From positions 32,001-96,000 of the forward strand of contig JBBIRS010000003.1 of NCBI GenBank assembly GCA_037441675.1: a stretch of 64,000 nucleotides of DNA. Direction: 5' to 3'. The notes below the pieces were generated by a model, which had not been told where the DNA came from, ran no database searches, and worked only from the letters and a program-made list of their open reading frames with translations. The DNA comes from Planctomycetales bacterium. GTDB lineage: Bacteria > 4484-113. The translations under genes and the position numbers were made by a program. Within the stretch, counting starts at the first letter, position 1, and each line of letters begins with the position of its first letter. Positions 36,445 to 46,095 of the stretch are shown one piece after another.

Positions 36445-37416
36445 TTAATTAGATATTTCCTCGATAACAAGCTTTAGTAATTCTTCATCAAATTTGCCGA
36501 TGAACTTCACCTCAGGCATAAGGGAGATTGCGAACTTTTCCCAGACGACTCTCTTGCCATGCGCCATAAGTCGTAGGACATCATCACTGGTTGCGTTGCC
36601 CAAGTTCACTATAAAGTTGGCGTGTTTTTCTGAAAAGGCGGCGTCGCCAACTCTAACGCCTTTCAAGCCAGATACATCCAGTAATCTGCCCGCGAAGTCG
36701 GACTTTGGATTCTTAAAAGCGCTTCCGGGACTGGGCATATTGAGAGGTTGGGTTGCCTTCCTTCTGCTAAGGAGAGTGTGCACTTGCTTTCTCATTGCCT
36801 CAGAATCCTTCGGGAAAAGCCTGAGAAGAGCTGCTCCTACTATCCGCTCTTGGACTGAACAGTAACGATACTCGTACTTATATTCAGTGCTCTCCTTGAT
36901 GATCACTTGTCCGTTATGGTAATTTACCTCTGCTACCCACATATTTCCTTCCATTATGTTCATAATGCCTTCTGCGTTCATTGCCAGCGCACCACCAAGA
37001 GTTCCCGGAACGCCTGATAAATTAGTGATATCTCCAACGCCAGCGGAAATGCTAAGTCTTATTAGCTCTGAGTTTAGCGCCCCGCATTCCGCAAAGAGAA
37101 GTTTGCTTCCGTTACTCTCTGTATGAATCTTACTGATGATTTCATCAAACACGCAGTCGCATTCACCCGATAAGTTGAGAAATTCATGTTTTCGCATCTT
37201 TAGGGTACAAACGATGGGAGTTGAATGCCTCTCACTGCTAAAGATTACGTTGGTACCTCTACCGATGAGATGGAAGTGGAGGCGCGACTCTGTGAGATTG
37301 TGTATCACTTCAACTAATTCAGAAAATGAGCGTGGGAAGTAGACGGATTCTGCAATTCCACCTATCTTTAGGCTTGAAAGCCTTCTAAGGTCAACCTCGT
37401 TTCTTGGTTTAATCAC
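36445..37416 (-). CDS. murB: UDP-N-acetylenolpyruvoylglucosamine reductase
   Basis: KIGG.A, IGRGTN, GVPGTLGGAL.MNA, YR, TQPL..PS.GSAFKNP, HANFIVN.G.A, PEV. Confidence 0.95.
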   Translation of the reverse strand: MIKPRNEVDLRRLSSLKIGGIAESVYFPRSFSELVEVIHNLTESRLHFHLIGRGTNVIFSSERHSTPIVCTLKMRKHEFLNLSGECDCVFDEIISKIHTESNGSKLLFAECGALNSELIRLSISAGVGDITNLSGVPGTLGGALAMNAEGIMNIMEGNMWVAEVNYHNGQVIIKESTEYKYEYRYCSVQERIVGAALLRLFPKDSEAMRKQVHTLLSRRKATQPLNMPSPGSAFKNPKSDFAGRLLDVSGLKGVRVGDAAFSEKHANFIVNLGNATSDDVLRLMAHGKRVVWEKFAISLMPEVKFIGKFDEELLKLVIEEISN

Positions 37417-38884
37417 TATCGTTACGAAGATTTTTTGGAGAGCTCTTCTTATTTTGGACTGAAATAAATTCTACTTCTTTTGCTAAAGTTTTCTTTAGCT
37501 TCAAGTCCTTGAAGTGTTGTTGAAGTTCATAGCCGAGAAGGTAGATATCACCTGCGCCGATGGTAAGGATAATATCACCGTGGCGAGTGGTTTCTTTGAT
37601 GTAATTACAAATTTCCGGCATTCTGAGCATCAGTTTAGCCCTTTCAGGCTCAAAGACTCTCTCAAAGAAGGAGTACAGGTATTCAGAAGTTATACCATCT
37701 ATTGGCGCTTCAAAAGCTGAGTAAATATCTGTAAGAATGATTTCGTCAGCTTTGGTGAAAGCGTTCGGGAACTTTGCTGCGAGCCTTTGGCTTCTTGTGT
37801 AACGGTGGGGCTGGAAAATCGCCCTTATTCTTCTTCCTTTGTAGGTAGTAACTGCTTCAATGAGTTCTGCTATTTCACTGGGGTGATGCGCGTAATCATC
37901 TATTATCATTACATCATCCCGGTCTAGGAGCTTCTCAAATCTCCTTCGCACACCGGGAAAGTTTTCAAGCCCAAAGGCTATTGCACCAAAGTCAATTCCG
38001 CAGTAATCGCTAACCGCAATTGCTGCGAGGGCGTTTCTAACGTTGTAAATCCCAGGTTGCCTTAGGGTAACTTCTCCCATCTGCCCAAAATTACGCTTGT
38101 AAACTTTGAAATGACTGTGCTCTGGTTTGAGGGTTACATCTATGGCTCTAATATCGGCATCCTCAGATAAACCGTAGGTTATTTTTGGTTTTATTACCTT
38201 CGTGGAAAGCTCCCTGAGAATCTGGTCATCAATGTTAAACACGCTGATACCTTCTCTATTGTCATTATTAAGGAAATTTAGGAAGCTATTTTTGAGGTTG
38301 TTGAGGGTTCCGTGAAAGTCTAGATGGTCATCGTCAATGTTAGTGACAACCGCAATTCTTGGGCCAAATCTCAGCATTGAATTATTGCTTTCATCACCTT
38401 CGCAAATGAAGTATTGGCTTTTTCCCAACCTTGAGCTACCGAAGAGATGTTTCACCTGGGCGCCGAGAACGATGGTTGGATCTTTGTCTGCGTAGTAAAA
38501 AACAACTGAAATCATTGCGCTTGTGGTGGACTTGCCGTGACTTCCGGATACAGAAATGGAGAAACCTCTTTCGGATAGGTATGAGAGAAAGTCAATTCTC
38601 GAGAGAACGGGCACGCTCATCTGCTTGGCCGCGACAACCTCCGGATTGTCCTCTGAAATGGCGGTTGACATTATCACGAGATCAGCTTTTCTCACGTGGC
38701 GAGCGTCATGTCCCTCAAAAATCACAGCGCCTTTCGATTTAAGCCCTTGGGTTAATTGGGTGGTGGTTAGGTCGCTTCCGCTAACTTCGTAACCCATTTC
38801 TAACATAAGGTTTGCCAGGGATGACACCCCTGCACCACCAATGCCAATAAAGTGGATGCGCTTTATCTTCTTAGTTAAAACCAT
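37409..38884 (-). CDS. murC: UDP-N-acetylmuramate--L-alanine ligase
   Basis: IHFIGIGG.G.S, SGSD, GSHGKSTT, EGDES, DDDHLD, GVRRRFE, DDYAHHP.E, FQPHRYTR; ATG 38884 preferred. Confidence 0.97.
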   Translation of the reverse strand: MVLTKKIKRIHFIGIGGAGVSSLANLMLEMGYEVSGSDLTTTQLTQGLKSKGAVIFEGHDARHVRKADLVIMSTAISEDNPEVVAAKQMSVPVLSRIDFLSYLSERGFSISVSGSHGKSTTSAMISVVFYYADKDPTIVLGAQVKHLFGSSRLGKSQYFICEGDESNNSMLRFGPRIAVVTNIDDDHLDFHGTLNNLKNSFLNFLNNDNREGISVFNIDDQILRELSTKVIKPKITYGLSEDADIRAIDVTLKPEHSHFKVYKRNFGQMGEVTLRQPGIYNVRNALAAIAVSDYCGIDFGAIAFGLENFPGVRRRFEKLLDRDDVMIIDDYAHHPSEIAELIEAVTTYKGRRIRAIFQPHRYTRSQRLAAKFPNAFTKADEIILTDIYSAFEAPIDGITSEYLYSFFERVFEPERAKLMLRMPEICNYIKETTRHGDIILTIGAGDIYLLGYELQQHFKDLKLKKTLAKEVEFISVQNKKSSPKNLRNDSD

Positions 38885-39023
38885 TGCGGTAACGACTAAT
38901 ATTATACTCAAATTCTGATTCTATTTCGTCAATTTGCGAGATTTTTGAAGTCTTTGAGCAACTAAATTCACAAACTGGAACTACGAAGAAAGAGGTGAAA
39001 TTGAATTGGAGCCACATTGACTT

Positions 39024-40295
39024 CTAACCTTCTTTCACTGCTCCTAAAGGAATTCGTGAATTTGACGAAGCGGGACGCCTAATCAAGCCTAGTATGATGC
39101 CAACAGTTATTAAGGAGGATATCATACTAGAACCGCCGTAACTGAAGAAGGGTAGGGTCAAACCGGAAACAGGCAGTGATTGAACGTTGCTACCGATGTT
39201 TAAAAGCGCCTGTAGAACCAAAAGTGTTCCAAGAGAGGTTACGGTTACTTTTTCAAAACCAAAAGGCAGAAGCGCGGATGTTCTTATTATAATGAGGATA
39301 TAAAAGAGGAATAAGCCAATAACAATTAGAGCGCCAATAAGCCCGGTTTCTTCCGTCCATACCGCGAATATAAAGTCTCTATCCGCTAAGGGTAGTCTTC
39401 CGTACTTCTGCAAGCCGTTCATATAACCTTTTCCGAAGAGACCTGCTTCTGATATGGCTTTTATGCTCTGAATGATTTGGTAGCCTTCGCCTGTTGGGTC
39501 TTTCATTGGATTAAATAGGGTCTTGACTCTCTCCCTGGCATGCTCAAACTTTTGGGGCATCGCAAAGTATATGGCTGAAGCTAAAATCAATATTAACAGT
39601 ATGAACTTTAGAATTGACCTCATCGGCACGTTCATTAACCAAAGGGTGGCGAGAGAAGTTGAAAAAATAAGTGCAGCACCCCCAAGATGTGGCTGTAAAG
39701 CAACGAGTACTGCGCTCAGCGTTAGTGCTAGGTAGAGTGTAAAGATAGGTAATTTGCCTCTGCTTTCAGTTTGAAACTTACCTGTAGAGTCTTTTATATG
39801 AATGATGCCACCTTTTCTTTCTAAGCTAATCAGAAAGGAGCTTAGAAAAAATGGGCAGGCAAATTTTAGAAATTCAAAGGGCTGGAAACGAACGCCAAAG
39901 AGATTTAGCCATCTACTTGCGCCATAGGATTCGGAACCCATTGGGCTTATTAGGGTAAGAGCAACCAGGGTCAAGCTAAGTAGAAACAACCATAGGGAGA
40001 GGAGGCTTAAGGCTTTCTCGCCTAACCTTGGAATGATAATGTTCCCAAGGGCTAGCATTAAAAGTAAACCGAAAGATGTGAATGTCAGCTGTCTAAGGAT
40101 AATGGTGTAAGGTGATTTTGAAGCAACGATAAGAGCAGCTGAGGATGCGGAGAATAGTGCAAGATGTCCGAGGAAGAGTAGAACGAGGGTGGTGACTATT
40201 AGCTTGGTCCTATTTGCTTCTATTAGGTTTGCCCGCATCTGCGCGAACTCTAATTTTCTTTTTTGCGAGATCGCGTGGTGCATACTGCCTGTCAT
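39024..40295 (-). CDS. ftsW: SEDS cell division glycosyltransferase FtsW
   Basis: FSASS, GASRWL....FQP.E..K, QP..G, DP.G.GYQ..QS, DFIFA...EE.G, P.SGLTLPFFSYGGSS; in dcw cluster. Confidence 0.93.
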   Translation of the reverse strand: MTGSMHHAISQKRKLEFAQMRANLIEANRTKLIVTTLVLLFLGHLALFSASSAALIVASKSPYTIILRQLTFTSFGLLLMLALGNIIIPRLGEKALSLLSLWLFLLSLTLVALTLISPMGSESYGASRWLNLFGVRFQPFEFLKFACPFFLSSFLISLERKGGIIHIKDSTGKFQTESRGKLPIFTLYLALTLSAVLVALQPHLGGAALIFSTSLATLWLMNVPMRSILKFILLILILASAIYFAMPQKFEHARERVKTLFNPMKDPTGEGYQIIQSIKAISEAGLFGKGYMNGLQKYGRLPLADRDFIFAVWTEETGLIGALIVIGLFLFYILIIIRTSALLPFGFEKVTVTSLGTLLVLQALLNIGSNVQSLPVSGLTLPFFSYGGSSMISSLITVGIILGLIRRPASSNSRIPLGAVKEG

Positions 40296-41647
40296 AGGCT
40301 TGTCACCAGCTCCTTAAAGATATTCCCACGCTCCTCAAAATCCTGAAACATATCAAAGCTGGAACAGGCGGGCGAGAGGAGGACAACATCTCCGGCTGTT
40401 GCGATACTTCCTGCTCTCTTTACCGCTTCTTCCATACTTTTGGCGCGCTGTGTGGACAGGAAACCTGCATCCCGAAGAGCCTTTTCAAATCTTTCAGTTG
40501 CTTCTCCAATCAAAATGACCGTTTTACACTTTGCCTTCACGAGTTGAGCCCAGGGTGATAGGTTTGTTCCCTTGTCTCTTCCTCCCGCAATCAGCACTAT
40601 TCTCTCAGTAAAGGATTTGAGAGCAACAATGGATGCCTCGGGATTGGTAGCTTTGCTATCGTTGAAATACTTGACGTTGCCAACCTCTCGGACGAACTCA
40701 AGTCTATGTTCATAGCCCTTAAATGACATAATCGCGCTTGTCATAATAGCCTTGCTCACACCCATCAGTCTTGCAGCGCTAAGGGCAGATAGGGCGTTCT
40801 CTATATTGTGATTTCCTGGAACCTTAAGCGCACTTGTTGGTATTCGTACCTCCCTATCTGCAACGTTTATCAACATCATTCCATCTGAAACGTAAGCGCC
40901 TGGTGGACCGACCTCTGAAACTCCACTGAAAGGAATAAAGGTAACTTCAGCCTCATCGAATAGTTCCGGTTGCAAATTCTCATCCTCTGCGTTGTAAATT
41001 AAATAATCGCCTTCGCGCATGTTCTTGATTATGCTTCGCTTTAACTCTGCGTAATTTTCAAAATTTGTATGACGATCCAAGTGGTCAGGCGTGATGTTTG
41101 TGATTATTGCTACCTTTGGAGCAAAATGGATACAGGTCTCAAGTTGAAAAGAGCTCACCTCAAGGCAGACAATGTCATCAGCTGTTACTCTGTCCGCTAT
41201 GTCCACAAAAGCCTTCCCTATATTTCCCGCGAGATAGGCGTTGAACTTTCCGTTCAGGATGTGATGTGTAAGGGCGGCAGTAGTCGTTTTACCGTTACTT
41301 CCAGTTACCGCGATAATTGGCGCTGAGCAGTGGAGATAGCCAAGCTCTATCTCTCCAATAATTGGGATTTTCTTTTCGCGAAGAAACTCTAGCTTTTTAT
41401 GTTTCAAATCAATGCCGGGCGAGACCACGAGTAAGTCACAGGGAAGAAGAACCTGTGGGTCAAAATCACCACAGTGAAGCGGGATATTGGCATTCTTCGC
41501 AAACTGTTTCAATTGAAAAATGCGATTCGCATCTTCCGTTTCATCGACAGCGATAATATGTGCGTTATGCCTATTGAGGAAGTTGACAACAGCCTTGCCA
41601 GTGATACCTAGCCCGAAAACGCCGACTTTTTTACCTGATATCTCCAT
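40292..41647 (-). CDS. murD: UDP-N-acetylmuramoyl-L-alanine--D-glutamate ligase
   Basis: GLGITG, VSPGI, VTGSNGKTTT, GNIG, EVSSFQLE, DHLDRH, HRLE, NDSKATN, GGRDKG, LSPACSSFD.F..FEERG. Confidence 0.98.
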   Translation of the reverse strand: MEISGKKVGVFGLGITGKAVVNFLNRHNAHIIAVDETEDANRIFQLKQFAKNANIPLHCGDFDPQVLLPCDLLVVSPGIDLKHKKLEFLREKKIPIIGEIELGYLHCSAPIIAVTGSNGKTTTAALTHHILNGKFNAYLAGNIGKAFVDIADRVTADDIVCLEVSSFQLETCIHFAPKVAIITNITPDHLDRHTNFENYAELKRSIIKNMREGDYLIYNAEDENLQPELFDEAEVTFIPFSGVSEVGPPGAYVSDGMMLINVADREVRIPTSALKVPGNHNIENALSALSAARLMGVSKAIMTSAIMSFKGYEHRLEFVREVGNVKYFNDSKATNPEASIVALKSFTERIVLIAGGRDKGTNLSPWAQLVKAKCKTVILIGEATERFEKALRDAGFLSTQRAKSMEEAVKRAGSIATAGDVVLLSPACSSFDMFQDFEERGNIFKELVTSL

Positions 41648-42703
41648 TTACGGTAGAGAAAGGAAGAATCCGCTGAAGGCGATTAGAGCGGTGATTAGCT
41701 CTAAGCCCCAGAAAATGAAGACAGTGCCAAGCTCACTCAAACCGGAAAGTTCAAAATGATGGTGCAAGGGACTCATCTTGAATATTCGCTTGCCCTTAGT
41801 TAGACGAAAATAAATTACCTGCAGGACAACTGATAGAACTTCAATGCCTGCTACCGCGCCAAGGATGAATAGGTAGAAAATAAATCCGTTCAGGATAGCA
41901 ATTACCGAGAGGAATGCGCCTATGAAGTAACTACCAGTATCACCGAAGTATAAATGGGCAGGCTTAAAATTGACTATTAGAAGCGAGGTAATACCTCCAG
42001 CGAATCCCGCGAGAAAGTAACAGGAAAAAAGAGGAAGCCCGCCCTGCAAGATGAATGAATTCTCGACAAGTGAGATGTTAAATGGCATGAGAGTTCCAGC
42101 GAGAATACCAAGTGGGATAAGTAATGAAATTGTGCAGATGAGGGAGAGTCCACCTAAAAGTCCATCAAGACCATCGGAGAAATTAGAGCCGTTCACTATT
42201 AGAAGGATTAAAAAGGTACCCAAGCTCATAAAAGCCCAGTAGGGGAGCTTGACACAACCTTCAACAAAAGGTATTAGCGTTGTGGAGCTAGTTGGATATG
42301 CGAGATGGAGAAACGCTAGCGACAAGAGAATCTGTGCGATTAACTTGTATCTAGCCTTTATACCGGTTGTGCCGGTTCGGCTCTTCATAAAATCATCGGC
42401 AAGTCCTACTAGCCCGAATAAAAGCGGGATAAAGACCACTAAGTTCAAAGTTAGCGAGTGATTGGGGATTAATCGGGAAAGCTCTTCTTGGTAAAGAATG
42501 GCGATAAGGAAAGTTCCTATAACAGAAAGAATGAGAAGAATGATACCCCCACCGGTAGGAACTCTTTCTTTCTTAAGGTGATGTTTTGGACCCCAGGGGC
42601 GATACGAGTGCATAAGGAATCGCTTCATTAGCGGGTAGATGAATGAGATTAGCATTAGTGATGTCGCTGCGTTTACCGAAAATATTGTAATTAACACACT
42701 CAT
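41648..42703 (-). CDS. mraY: phospho-N-acetylmuramoyl-pentapeptide transferase
   Basis: GPKHH.KK..PTGGG, GLADD, N..NFSDGLDGL, N.KPA..YFGDTGS, E.LSV.LQV, RIFKMSPLHHHFE. Confidence 0.96.
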   Translation of the reverse strand: MSVLITIFSVNAATSLMLISFIYPLMKRFLMHSYRPWGPKHHLKKERVPTGGGIILLILSVIGTFLIAILYQEELSRLIPNHSLTLNLVVFIPLLFGLVGLADDFMKSRTGTTGIKARYKLIAQILLSLAFLHLAYPTSSTTLIPFVEGCVKLPYWAFMSLGTFLILLIVNGSNFSDGLDGLLGGLSLICTISLLIPLGILAGTLMPFNISLVENSFILQGGLPLFSCYFLAGFAGGITSLLIVNFKPAHLYFGDTGSYFIGAFLSVIAILNGFIFYLFILGAVAGIEVLSVVLQVIYFRLTKGKRIFKMSPLHHHFELSGLSELGTVFIFWGLELITALIAFSGFFLSLP

Positions 42704-44400
42704 AGTATCTTTTCCTCTAGGTTAAATTCATCAAGGACTGCCTTTACAGCTCTTTCCAAATGCAATCCTCGTGACGCCTTTATTAAGATAACGAGCCCGT
42801 TTTCGTTCTTTTTCACCTCTTCCAGTAAAATTTGATTTATCTTTTCTATGGTTTTCTCATCGGCGCACTCTAAATCGTGGTTCGAGGAGATGCTTGCTAA
42901 GCGTTCAAACTCCCCTTGGACGGGGTTAGCCACTAATTTGGGGAAGAAATTTTGACTACCTTGTGGTTCATTAGTGCCACAGGGAAAGTGAATTACCTCA
43001 AAGCCATCCGGGACAGGCACTTCTAGAAATGACCTCATTGCTTCTCCAACACATATTAATTTTGATGGAGGAAGTAAATATACAAGTTGAGCCACCTGAC
43101 GATGAAATAGTTTCTCATACTTTCCAAGCTCAAGCATATCACCAAGTACAATAAGTCTTTTCCAATCTCGGGGCAACTGCATAAGCAGGCTAATGGCTTC
43201 CCTTACCGAGGCTGGTCCGCTGTTATAGGTGTCATCAATAAGGAGCAAGTTTGGCGCTAATCTATAGGGAGTTAGCCTCTGGGGAGTGTAGGGAATTGTT
43301 TCCGTGAATCTAACACATTCTTCCAAATCTAGACCGAGTTCAGTGCAAATAGCGCAAGCGCAAAGGAAATTTTTCACCGCAGAGAATCCTAGGAGCTTCA
43401 GAGCAACTTGGAAGCTTTTTCTCCCATCAGAAATGATAAATTTTGAACCTTGAGTGCCCATCATCTCAATTTTCTCTACGTAAAGATCTGCCTTTTTATT
43501 TGCTAGATGATGCTGATTGCTAACTTTAGTGTCAACCCAAAGATTCTGCGGAAGGATCTTTTGGATTGATTCTTCTACGAGGCTAACGTCAAAAAACTGT
43601 GTAACCAAACCGTTCCTAGTGGCTGGTTTTCCTGCTACTTCATGAAGTAACAATTTAAGGTTCGGATCGCTTATGTTTAACCATAAAACGCCATCATTCA
43701 AAATTCCGTCAACAATTTCAGCTTTGGCTCGTGTTATTTCTTCGATTGAACCTAATCTTCCGATGTGGGTAACATGGGTATTTGTTATTAAGGTGAAGTG
43801 AGGTTCAGCGATGCGCGAGAGCAAAGAAATCTCACCTCGCCCCCTCATCGCCATCTCTAGCACTGCGACTTCTGTTTCAGGCGAAAGCTTTCCTATGGCT
43901 AATGGGACGCCTATTTCGTTATTGAAGTTTTTCTCAGTGCCAACTGCGCGGAATTTATTCTTGAGGAGCGTTATTGCTATCTCTTTTGTCTGCGTCTTTC
44001 CCACGCTTCCAGTGAGAGCGAATACTTTTACCTTCGGAAATTGCTTGCGAAACCAACTTGCCAGCTTCTGAAGCGCAACTAGGGTGTGACGAACCTCAAT
44101 TACTGAGACAAAACACGCTTCCTTTCCGTTTTTCTCCTTCCGTTCTTTAAGGACTTCTAGGATATGAGGGATTTGCGGATGCCCCCTTTTAATTAGTACT
44201 GCGGATGAGCCTTTTTCTATGGCGTCCAAAATAAAGCTGTGCCCATCCCTTTGAGTGCCGATTAGCGGAATAAAGAGAGTATCCTTCTCTGAGGTTCGGG
44301 AGTCAATGCAATAGGTCTTAAACTTATTTGTTTCTTCTCCAAAGATTAACTTGCCGTTTAACGGTTCAAGAATATCCCTAATAGCAAAGGGATAAGTCAT
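42700..44400 (-). CDS. murF: UDP-MurNAc-tripeptide--D-Ala-D-Ala ligase
   Basis: IDSR, DGH.F, TGSVGKT.TK, NFNNEIGVPL, LEM.M..RGEI, DDTYN..P.S, LGDMLELG, KASRG..LE; several insertions. Confidence 0.95.
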   Translation of the reverse strand: MTYPFAIRDILEPLNGKLIFGEETNKFKTYCIDSRTSEKDTLFIPLIGTQRDGHSFILDAIEKGSSAVLIKRGHPQIPHILEVLKERKEKNGKEACFVSVIEVRHTLVALQKLASWFRKQFPKVKVFALTGSVGKTQTKEIAITLLKNKFRAVGTEKNFNNEIGVPLAIGKLSPETEVAVLEMAMRGRGEISLLSRIAEPHFTLITNTHVTHIGRLGSIEEITRAKAEIVDGILNDGVLWLNISDPNLKLLLHEVAGKPATRNGLVTQFFDVSLVEESIQKILPQNLWVDTKVSNQHHLANKKADLYVEKIEMMGTQGSKFIISDGRKSFQVALKLLGFSAVKNFLCACAICTELGLDLEECVRFTETIPYTPQRLTPYRLAPNLLLIDDTYNSGPASVREAISLLMQLPRDWKRLIVLGDMLELGKYEKLFHRQVAQLVYLLPPSKLICVGEAMRSFLEVPVPDGFEVIHFPCGTNEPQGSQNFFPKLVANPVQGEFERLASISSNHDLECADEKTIEKINQILLEEVKKNENGLVILIKASRGLHLERAVKAVLDEFNLEEKIL

Positions 44401-44553
44401 TTCACATACTCCATTATCAATATGAACTTTCTAGCAAAATGTTACTTCAAAGAGTAAATAAGCGCAAGCTTCACGTCTAAAGCAATACACGATAAAAATC
44501 ATACTCAAAAATAGTCCCGATGCTGTATCAACACCAAGTGCTTGGTCGTTTGT

Positions 44554-46095
44554 TTACCCTTCCTCCAAAATCTCATTCACCGCTTCCACGTCCGAGAAGT
44601 GGATGATTCTATCCTTGAAGATTTGATAATCTTCATGTCCCTTGCCAGCGATGAGAACTATATCTCCGATCTCAGCGTCATTGATGGCAAGTCTAATGGC
44701 GGTCTTTCGGTCAAGTTCTATGAAGTATTTAGGGCTTCTGGCTAACATTAGTCCCTTCAAGCCTTGAACGATTTCTTCAGCAATATCAGCGGGGTCTTCA
44801 CTTCTGGGATTATCGGAGGTGATGATAATCGCGTCCGAGTATATTGCAGCAACTTGTGCCATAAGGGGTCTTTTCTTTTGGTCTCTATCACCACCGCATC
44901 CAAATACGCAAATAATACGCGAATCTTTGGCAAGGTTGCGCAGAGATTTCAACACTTGTTTTAAGGCGTCTGGGGTGTGAGCGTAATCCACAAAAATTTG
45001 AATTCCCCGCTTATTATCAACTCTTTCTAGTCTGCCTGGGACCTTTTTAAGTCTAGGAATACCTAGCTTGATAAGCTCAGGCGAAATTCCCTCCATAATG
45101 GAAACTGCGACAGCTCCTAGAACATTTAAGACATTGTGGTAACCCGGCAGGCTTGTGGAAGCTTTGAACTCAAGCCGCTCCCCTGGCGGTTCAAAATTCT
45201 TAACCCGAATTTTGCGCGGGTCATACTGAATGTGTATATCGCTACCGTTAAGGCTAAGCCCTGCTATCAAACCTCTTACCGCAGAATCTTCGGAGAGCCC
45301 AAACGAAACTTTAGTGTTAGAAATCTCGTCGAAAATCGTCCTACCTTCTTTATTATCAATGCATATCGCGGAATAATCAGATTCACCGAACTCCTCGCGT
45401 AGAAAGAAACTCTTTTTAACTTTGAAGTATTCCTCCATTGTTTGGTGATAGTCGAGATGGTCTTGAGTAAGGTTGGTGAATAGCTTGACCTTGAATGGAA
45501 GAAAGTCCAATCTTCCTTGCGAGATGGCATGGGAAGATGCTTCCATAACGAGATAATCACAACTATTCTGAACCGCAATCTTTGCAAGACGGTTTAGTTT
45601 AGGCGGGTCTGGAGATGTTAATCCTCGTTCTTTGAAGTCATATTCCTGCGTGAGCTTTTTAGGTGGAAGGGCAAAGCCAAGAGTTCCCATTATTGCTGGT
45701 CTTTTCCCCAACTCTCGGAGCACTTGTGAGATTAGAAGCGTGGTTGTGGTCTTTCCATTTGTACCAGTGACGCCGATGAGTCTTAGGGCGTTTGTTGGAT
45801 TTTCGTAAAACTTTGAGGAGAGAAGCGCCAGGGCTTTCGCAGAATTTTTTACCCTGATGCGGGGAGCCTTTGTCTAAATCTCTAGCGGTGTTTCATAGAG
45901 GATTGCTGATGCCCCATTCTTGATGGCATCATTTACATAGAAGTGACCATCGCTCTTGATTCCCCTTCTTGCCACGAAGAGATATCCACTTTTAACCTCC
46001 TTGCTGTTTTCGGTGATGCCAAGAATTTCGGTTGATTCATCAACATCTAAGAGCTCGATAATCTCAAGTCCGTCCACCAATTCATAAAGTTTCAT
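44554..46095 (-). CDS. murE: UDP-MurNAc-dipeptide--meso-diaminopimelate ligase, interrupted by one in-frame TAG (45874-45876)
   Basis: ORFs 45874-46095 and 44554-45723 are one frame: ...LYETPLEI*TKAPRIRVKNSAKALALLSSKFYENPTNALRLIGVTGTNGKTTT...; MEASSH, TNLTQDHLDYH, PGRLE, VDYAHTPD, GCGGDRD, DNPR (meso-DAP), AGKGHE all intact. Confidence 0.92.
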
